Source: an uncultured virus (IMG/VR IMGVR_UViG_3300030090_003678)
Lineage: Duplodnaviria > Heunggongvirae > Uroviricota > Caudoviricetes
DNA: 20,000 nt
Strand: one strand, 5' to 3'
Virus record (IMG/VR): IMGVR_UViG_3300030090_003678
Span: 56,945 to 76,944 of that record
Shown here: piece by piece, positions 15,501 to 20,000 of the stretch
Layout of the letters: each line of letters opens with the position of its first letter
Position numbering within the stretch: position 1 is the stretch's first letter
The notes under the pieces: model-generated
Database searches by the model: none
Seen by the model: the letters and a program-made list of their open reading frames with translations, nothing else
Told to the model about the DNA's origin: nothing
Position numbers and translations under genes: made by a program

Positions 15501-18397
15501 CAATTGATACACCAAGGTCGCCATTTATATTGTTTCAGATCCCCAGCTTTCTTTACGGCGCAGTCGGAGTCTGGTGGATTTACTTCTGGTCTAGGATCAC
15601 ATTCGCAAATAAACTTTAAGTTTTCATAATCTTCATTAGCTTGTCCTGTAGCTAATTCCTCACAGATTCCTAAAGACGGATTAAAAAACTCAATCCCACT
15701 AAAAATACCTTCAGTAGGGTGAAAGTCTCTATAAGGATCATCATCATTGAAAAATCCCTTGATTGGATTTCCTCTAACGCTTAGATCAACAATGTCGTTA
15801 TAAACATTGTCTGCTGCAATTGACTGAGGATCTGCTGGAGTCCAACTCCCTACAACCCATTTGTAAGTAGGACCAAGACAACTGTCTTTTTCTACGTCTA
15901 CTACTGAGTCATCGGCAGTCTTGATACATTTTCCATTTTCTTCTTTTTCACATTCCTCTTGTGTCTTAAGACCTCCCTCAGAACATGAACCTTGTGCAAC
16001 AGCACCACCTTTAACAAGCTCTATGGTTTCATATCCCCAGCATGGATATAGATCTAGATAGCCTGAGTCTGTGGAGTGTTTTTTTGTCCAAATTCCAGAT
16101 GCGTCAAGGCATAGTTTCTCAGTATCAGGATACTCCCAATTACCTCCTTTATCTGCGCATTCTGTAGCATTAGTTGGTCCAGCTACAACTTCTGGATCTT
16201 TTTTTGGAGGGCTAATTTTTAAACATGCTTTTACATCACAATCACCTGCATTAAGCTGATGCTTTGAGTTGAGTCTATTTAACTGATAGGGATTAAATCC
16301 ACCATCTTGTTTGAAATCTTGTGGCCAATACCAAGGCAAATAATTATCATTGCTTACAGGAGGCAAATTTCTTTCAAAGTCTGGGTAGTCTAGCGTCTCT
16401 TTGTCCGAGTATATTCCTTGTTTTCCATAAGGATTCCATCTCAACTTATTACTGTCTGAAGGAAACTCATCTTTAGGGAATTCTTGATTTATAAGAGTAA
16501 CGCCATCATCTTCAACGTGTGGCAAGAACTCTGTTAAAATCGAGTCTACTCCTTCTGTTGGTGCTGGATCTTCATCAGTTACATCTTCAGTTGTCCAGAC
16601 ATGATTTGCTTGAGCTTCGCAATCAGCTTTATTTGTATAGGAAGGAGCCTTATCTCCATTACCATCTACACAATAAGATTCAGTGTTTGTTTTATCAAAA
16701 TACTTTCCAGTAGTTTGATTGTAGAAAGTATCTTTTCTTACATTGACATCTCCTAAAGGTGTAACACCAATGACTCTTGTTCTAGGCGCACCAAGGACCA
16801 TCTTGCCTTCAATAGGATCTGTAAATTCATAACCTAAGTTGGCACTTACTAAAGTTGGGTTATTTTGATTATCTACAAAAGGCCCTTCTGGAGGTGTCTT
16901 TTGTGACAGATCAACTGCATCCCCAATAGAACCACGAGTGATTGTTGTCGTTCTTGGGATAGGAACAACTTTTATGATTCCAGAATAATTTTTAACATCC
17001 GGCCATTCTTCAGGTTCAATAAACCCATCTTTGATTAGATTTTTGGTTATAGGGCTTAATGTTACATAAAAATCAGCTCCTACAACCGCGCAAGCTTCTT
17101 CTATTAAAGATAAAAGGCTTGCTGTATCTCCAGAGATTCTCCAATCATTTGGTATCAAACCTTCTTCGTCTCCTGAAGACGAAGATGAACTAGAACTTGC
17201 TATATCTGAAGACTTAGAACTGAACTTAAAAAAATCAGTTAGGTCAACTAGATATCTATGTATATGCCAGCTTTCTGGATTGCCATCTTCATCTAATTTT
17301 ACTGCGCCTGCTTCGTCTTTTATAGATGCGGAGTTTAATATGCTTTGAGATGGATTTACATTTCTAGTGTCTCTGCTGTAGTGTAAGGGTCCGCCAAATG
17401 GTTCAAATTCTTCAATGTAATTCGTGTCTTTGCCACTTAACATATTTGCAAGTGCGCCCAAAATACCAAAAGCATGTTTTCTTTTTGGTGCTTGCTTATC
17501 TTCGTCAAGACTTGGGTTGTAATCTCCAAACTTGTTAATGAATTGTTTATTTGGATTATTCCAAATCATTCCGGCTTCTGTAATATCAGATTTGTTAAAC
17601 CCGTGATATTCGTAGTACCCAAACACATTTATTATGTTGTAATACCCATTCCATCCTTTTTCGTATTCTCTTCCTGAATCTTCGATTCTATACGCATCAG
17701 CAGGAGATGTTCTTGCAGCAAATTTGTTAAGTACAACGATTGTATTTTCGAGTATTGATCTTGGGTCTGCAATTTCTACCGTGTAGGTTTCTCCAGCAGT
17801 TGAAAACTTTTTATCGTACTTTGTTAAAATTCCCGGAAAAGAGAACACAGTGTTACAAGTAAGAGCGCCATCTTTTAAGACTCCATCATCATCATAATCT
17901 CTTTTTACGCAGTCTTGTATTAAGTCTCTTCCGCTGTAGTAATTAAAAAAGACAGGAGATCCCGGATCAGGAATAAAAGGAATGTCTCCATGAGTGGAGT
18001 AGAGTTTTCCCATTCCTTTATCTGGATCTGATGGGTTGTCTTCGTTCTCTAGATTGTGCAATCTTAAAAGATCAATAGGAAACGCATTAGGATCATTAGG
18101 GTGATAACCTTCAGAAACGGCATCTCTAGTACCAGAGGGAGTTAAGTAAGTTTCAAAATTAACTTCGTCTCTTACTAAATTAACGCTAAGACTAGAACTG
18201 TTACTACCCAAGCCTAAATTTGCAGAAAAATCCATAATCGACAAACCTAAGAAAGTTTGCTGAAAGATTTCTGGATTATTAACATAGTCAGTTATTGCTG
18301 AGGCGTATTTGTCCCAAGACCCACCATTAGCTGTACAATCAGCCTCATTTTTATACTGAGGTTTGCTACATTTATTTACATCTTTATTAGGAGCCAT
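12518..18397 (-). CDS. Large (1959 aa) putative baseplate hub / tail-tip protein expanded by Cys-module insertions
   Basis: Long ORF, TAATG-coupled to the upstream gene, ending in a double stop TAA TAG. The N-terminal beta pattern (SIMDFSANLGLGSNSSSLSVNLV...FPGILTKYDKKFSTAGETYTVEIADPRSIL), the helical SLLSLIEEACAVVGADFYV and the C-terminal TGSIELVGIPAYAFGTQL...YITDVSLRVGSNGLTTSYSF resemble the layout of gp27/GpD/Tal-type hub proteins. It ends in a coiled-coil-like tail. The family call is by-eye pattern recognition. Confidence 0.85.
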   Translation of the reverse strand: MAPNKDVNKCSKPQYKNEADCTANGGSWDKYASAITDYVNNPEIFQQTFLGLSIMDFSANLGLGSNSSSLSVNLVRDEVNFETYLTPSGTRDAVSEGYHPNDPNAFPIDLLRLHNLENEDNPSDPDKGMGKLYSTHGDIPFIPDPGSPVFFNYYSGRDLIQDCVKRDYDDDGVLKDGALTCNTVFSFPGILTKYDKKFSTAGETYTVEIADPRSILENTIVVLNKFAARTSPADAYRIEDSGREYEKGWNGYYNIINVFGYYEYHGFNKSDITEAGMIWNNPNKQFINKFGDYNPSLDEDKQAPKRKHAFGILGALANMLSGKDTNYIEEFEPFGGPLHYSRDTRNVNPSQSILNSASIKDEAGAVKLDEDGNPESWHIHRYLVDLTDFFKFSSKSSDIASSSSSSSSGDEEGLIPNDWRISGDTASLLSLIEEACAVVGADFYVTLSPITKNLIKDGFIEPEEWPDVKNYSGIIKVVPIPRTTTITRGSIGDAVDLSQKTPPEGPFVDNQNNPTLVSANLGYEFTDPIEGKMVLGAPRTRVIGVTPLGDVNVRKDTFYNQTTGKYFDKTNTESYCVDGNGDKAPSYTNKADCEAQANHVWTTEDVTDEDPAPTEGVDSILTEFLPHVEDDGVTLINQEFPKDEFPSDSNKLRWNPYGKQGIYSDKETLDYPDFERNLPPVSNDNYLPWYWPQDFKQDGGFNPYQLNRLNSKHQLNAGDCDVKACLKISPPKKDPEVVAGPTNATECADKGGNWEYPDTEKLCLDASGIWTKKHSTDSGYLDLYPCWGYETIELVKGGAVAQGSCSEGGLKTQEECEKEENGKCIKTADDSVVDVEKDSCLGPTYKWVVGSWTPADPQSIAADNVYNDIVDLSVRGNPIKGFFNDDDPYRDFHPTEGIFSGIEFFNPSLGICEELATGQANEDYENLKFICECDPRPEVNPPDSDCAVKKAGDLKQYKWRPWCINWGACRDKNNVDISSKMHEDIVGPENNVGENAWACQHACFAEDGNGDPQGSAIVAYYAKDFKEGGFEKKAGEAATFNDPKWEVNTESGFIKFVGSPADCTDSGNLLATPEARSSFEIDANGDALPSGFDPADMNQFESGGSLYSPGCKAVSYRNPFDSRCEATEDIENDKGKVLFHKGDWTDAATPRDCKTKYPGKAEWTLVSTFDYGPQFTDDFTGRVIESKDNPAPGYTQPRIRLKGVCRQVRDSDGEKQDPKDPPNNEDIETERDCYDQDNGGSQNEVHYKPVDLNTGIGLPLVCRTSTIPIDLGNTPYKGGPKSSINDPAKRYDEFYYATVTELRHAAQSIDSWKIFVKTLQPYMPCWFYEKTPEPSNAWGDLCPAKDEVVIHGGKSQTTLEAAKVLVAWGNSSPPPMASTGITDESNADTEEAQSISGFVCGDKPRTTSLTLFQATSMEIEMVYKKIKDVADNFYGKKYLVPLPFNPPSTVHCTNPKYEDQTQCEDAGFDWGVHGLLSEWFAKQGIGRCTDGVSPDKYTCEIIAREKWIEPIQEINRWEIATNGAWPGGDIEFNFGTPDSKNANTGYPQNMNFWTEEGNLKSFVIFPEKDYRRATQDSKILDFRDFDAETMHVEPVSKVGPDDNWGKKVFVAAEVDAKTHWLKERPDWEIHHEEQYFRYRCGDDAKVDGSSIDHAASEEYLKIGSEIDGTQTELKTRPVYIRENEIDNTGSEQTNEFAAYKPYALVTLANRAFYPDIDMAHPLMNSCGGNKNEMCLPLTKGGNSNFLLGAWLNGLLPQGVTAQQLIAMQARSKYAPNLGPDMGKGSFVAAAYKPWHAAIPQQSKHYRWGPWAAGLEAYGKTEFSTDDGLHPAAFGGETQMGDVAMSRIETVIGQSENRVIETGSIELVGIPAYAFGTQLTYFDSSGEEIKGPYITDVSLRVGSNGLTTSYSFSTQRKFGDLGKLYEDRIRKSQSDIMQRLSRAEEQMERVKRGIGQYQKD
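15857..15934 (-). repeat. 26-codon module, copy B (GKCIKTADDSVVDVEKDSCLGPTYKW) in the 1959-aa gene
   Basis: Ungapped 18/26 aa and 54/78 nt identity (hand count) to 6958-7035. Confidence 0.85.
17174..17197 (-). repeat. Poly-serine (S8) low-complexity tract in the 1959-aa protein
   Basis: ...SSKSSDIASSSSSSSSGDEEG..., encoded by mixed AGT/TCT/TCA/TCG codons. Confidence 0.8.
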
Positions 18398-18399
18398 TA
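18395..18399 (-). promoter_or_regulatory. TAATG stop/start overlap (translational coupling)
   Basis: TAA at 18399-18397 shares one base with the ATG at 18397-18395. Confidence 0.65.
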
Positions 18400-20000
18400 C
18401 ATTTCTTGTCCCGAATAAGGTTGGTCTTTCTTATCGTCTTGATCTGGATTAACTACGCCATTGACTTTATCTACATAATCATCAGTAGGAAATGCCCACG
18501 GGTCATTAATTTCATAAATCCAACTTAAATTATATGACCAAGTACCAGTAACTGGATTCCAACTTTCACTAGGAGGATTTAAAAATCTTTTTCTTACCCT
18601 CTTAGGAGGAGTATTTCCAGTAAGAGTGTATTTACTATGGTCTATAGTTGTTAAATAGCTTGCAGGATCAAAAGAATCAATCAGCTTCTTAATAGCATTT
18701 GCTTGGATTAACCTAGTGTCTTTTTTAAGTAATCCACCAAGTGGATTGCCGGTCGTAGTAGAAATAATGTCATTTCCCGGTTTAGCAAGAATAAGCTCAT
18801 GAGTAAAATCATCATTACCAAGAGCAACTGCTATGTCAGCAAAGTTAGGGTTTTCTATCCACGATGCTGCCACTCCAAATTCATCCACAGTTGCATTACA
18901 AGTAGCTTTGTCTTTTGGTGCTGCCAAGTATTGATTATTACTATCAACACATATTTCATAATGTCCAGTATCAAATGTTGCGCTTATGCTTAGGTCTCTT
19001 TGCCATTGTGTTTGTGTATTTATTCCTTGTAGTACAGGACCTAACCTTCTCCCTAATACAACATGGGAAGCAACTACTTGTCCCGGATAAGTGTCGTTTA
19101 CTGACCAGTCTTCTGACTTGCAATAAGGAATCCAATGATACTCAGCAACTCTGCCTTCGTAAGATAAGTTGAAAGTTATCGTTCCATTTGCCGGTTGGCT
19201 TGTTACGCTCTTATTAGCTAATGTAGGAGATATTGTATAAGCGGCATATTCTGGAAGCTCCTTAACTATCATCGCTGCTGAACGATGCATAAATGGCATT
19301 ATTTTGCTGTAATGACTTAACGCTCTTCCGTATTTAGTATTTGAATTAGCTTGGTCTCTGTCGTAATTTTCTTTTACATTTAAAACATCGTCAGGATCTC
19401 TGTCTTGATTATCTTTATCACCCACGCCAGCATCATCTGCATTATCGACAAGCCCTTCAATTGATCCGTTTATACTAACGGTAACTTTGCCTTCACTATC
19501 TTCAGAAACTTGTACATCTAATGTTTCAGTAGCTTCGATTTCTCCATCGGCAGGATCAATATAAGGAGCTAATATCCAAGTTTCGACAACGCTAAATTGT
19601 CCTGATCTAATATCTACATTTTGTATTCTTTTGTAGTTATAAGCTTTATAGTTATCATAAGCACCGACAGCATTATTTCCGGGAACAGGAAGATTCATAC
19701 CAAAGAGATGCACATCATCATCATCTGCGGCAAGAGCTACAAGATTGTTATGTATTCCTCCCGTGTACTCAGTGTCGTCAGCTCCTCCAGCGTTTGCGCT
19801 AACTTGGTTATTAAATCCGTCATAACCAAACAAGAACCTGTTACCATACTTGATAATGTCGTAAACAAATCCCCTAGCTTGCTGCCAAGCCTTGCCTCCA
19901 TTTTTATAATTCGTGCTGTATAGATCAGCTTTATATCCTCCAACAGAAGTTGAACTATTAAATTCACTTTTTCCTGTAGCGCTAATATTTCTTGTTAGCA
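18397..20000 (-). CDS. Hypothetical phage tail/baseplate protein, partial (5' end outside the window; >534 aa)
   Basis: The ORF track starts it at a TTG at 19833, but the frame has no stop up to the window edge (...LTRNISATGKSEFNSSTSVGGYKADLYSTNYKNGGKAWQQARGFVYDIIKYGNRF-LFGYDG...), so the true start is upstream. It is rich in alternating beta-strand patterns (GKVTVSINGSIEG, GTITFNLSYE, GTWSYNLSWIYE) and has one two-Cys module at 18859-18954. Confidence 0.85.
   Translation of the reverse strand, partial: LTRNISATGKSEFNSSTSVGGYKADLYSTNYKNGGKAWQQARGFVYDIIKYGNRFLFGYDGFNNQVSANAGGADDTEYTGGIHNNLVALAADDDDVHLFGMNLPVPGNNAVGAYDNYKAYNYKRIQNVDIRSGQFSVVETWILAPYIDPADGEIEATETLDVQVSEDSEGKVTVSINGSIEGLVDNADDAGVGDKDNQDRDPDDVLNVKENYDRDQANSNTKYGRALSHYSKIMPFMHRSAAMIVKELPEYAAYTISPTLANKSVTSQPANGTITFNLSYEGRVAEYHWIPYCKSEDWSVNDTYPGQVVASHVVLGRRLGPVLQGINTQTQWQRDLSISATFDTGHYEICVDSNNQYLAAPKDKATCNATVDEFGVAASWIENPNFADIAVALGNDDFTHELILAKPGNDIISTTTGNPLGGLLKKDTRLIQANAIKKLIDSFDPASYLTTIDHSKYTLTGNTPPKRVRKRFLNPPSESWNPVTGTWSYNLSWIYEINDPWAFPTDDYVDKVNGVVNPDQDDKKDQPYSGQEM

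Larger units (their letters stand above)
1021..18954 (-). repeat. Dispersed protein-level repeat family: two-Cys mini-module C-x(n)-[TND]-[KEQ]-x-x-C-x(3-6)-G-x-[WF]
   Basis: Compact examples: KCSKPQYKNEADCTANGGSW (18373-18314), HCTNPKYEDQTQCEDAGFDW (14047-13988), RCTDGVSPDKYTCEIIAREKW (13939-13877), ICWDVNGVPNYGITTEDDCIDINGLW (10032-9955), QCLLEDGTLIQDYETEEACNGRDGDNTW (7659-7576), FCTNNTYKNNSTCVGNGHLW (2667-2608), GCQNAKYDNKEDCKENGWHW (1860-1801), ICVDSNNQYLAAPKDKATCNATVDEFGVAASW (18954-18859). More than 25 copies by eye. Confidence 0.85.
1..20000 (-). mobile_element. Segment of a probable large tailed bacteriophage (or prophage) genome: virion tail/baseplate gene cluster
   Basis: Five co-oriented intronless genes cover >99% of the window, with stop/start overlaps. 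There are no housekeeping genes and no signal peptides. The proteins are Gly/Asp/Thr/Asn-rich and beta-structured, with a baseplate-hub-like C-terminus in the 1959-aa protein and FCCH-like domains (common in phage tail proteins) in the 3424-aa protein. No capsid or terminase gene is present, so phage identity is inferred. Confidence 0.75.

Noticed and set aside
6958..15934. Diversity-generating retroelement TR/VR pair as the explanation for the 78-nt repeat
   Set aside because: The mismatches are not adenine-specific and many are synonymous. Both copies are internal coding sequence, and there is no reverse transcriptase in the window.
19831..19833. TTG start proposed for the 478-aa ORF
   Set aside because: The frame stays open to the window edge with protein-like sequence, so the gene is 5'-truncated and this TTG is most likely an internal Leu.
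262..19967. About 35 short ORFs (60-172 aa) in the ORF track, on the plus strand and in alternative minus frames
   Set aside because: Each lies within or across the long minus-strand genes, has shadow-frame composition (Ser/Phe/Leu-rich) and shows no recognisable motif.
1..20000. CRISPR arrays, tRNA/rRNA/ncRNA genes, terminators, IS elements
   Set aside because: There is essentially no intergenic space, and I saw no exact spaced DNA repeats, inverted repeats or transposase motifs.
1..20000. Assigning a specific host (e.g. Planctomycetota, which have Cys-rich G-x-C...C..GG.[WF] repeats)
   Set aside because: This is only an impression of motif similarity and cannot be supported without database searches.

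Overview
The window is an almost gap-free, minus-strand run of five co-directional genes in AT-rich DNA. In transcription order they are: a 5'-truncated gene (>20000..18397), a 1959-aa gene, a 604-aa gene, a giant 3424-aa gene, and a 3'-truncated Cys/His-rich gene (407..<1) that the ORF track missed. The genes are intronless, joined by TAATG overlaps or 10-11 nt gaps, and most have Shine-Dalgarno-like motifs. This fits the tail/baseplate (virion) module of a large uncharacterised tailed phage; all function calls are inference, and no gene symbol can be assigned. The most unusual signal is a small two-cysteine module, approximately [G/x]-x-C-x(n)-[T/N/D]-[K/E/Q]-x-x-C-x(3-6)-[G/x]-x-[W/F]. It is scattered through three of the genes and is inserted into loops of recognisable host domains (two split E1-FCCH-like beta domains). 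It is also inserted into copies of itself, up to three levels deep, giving a balanced-parentheses 'Russian doll' architecture. One 26-aa copy is shared at 18/26 identity between two different genes. At DNA level my manual scan found no CCWGG site, and all 21 Pro-Gly dipeptides use CCC/CCG codons, which points to Dcm/EcoRII-type site avoidance. I found no RNA genes, CRISPR arrays or transposons.
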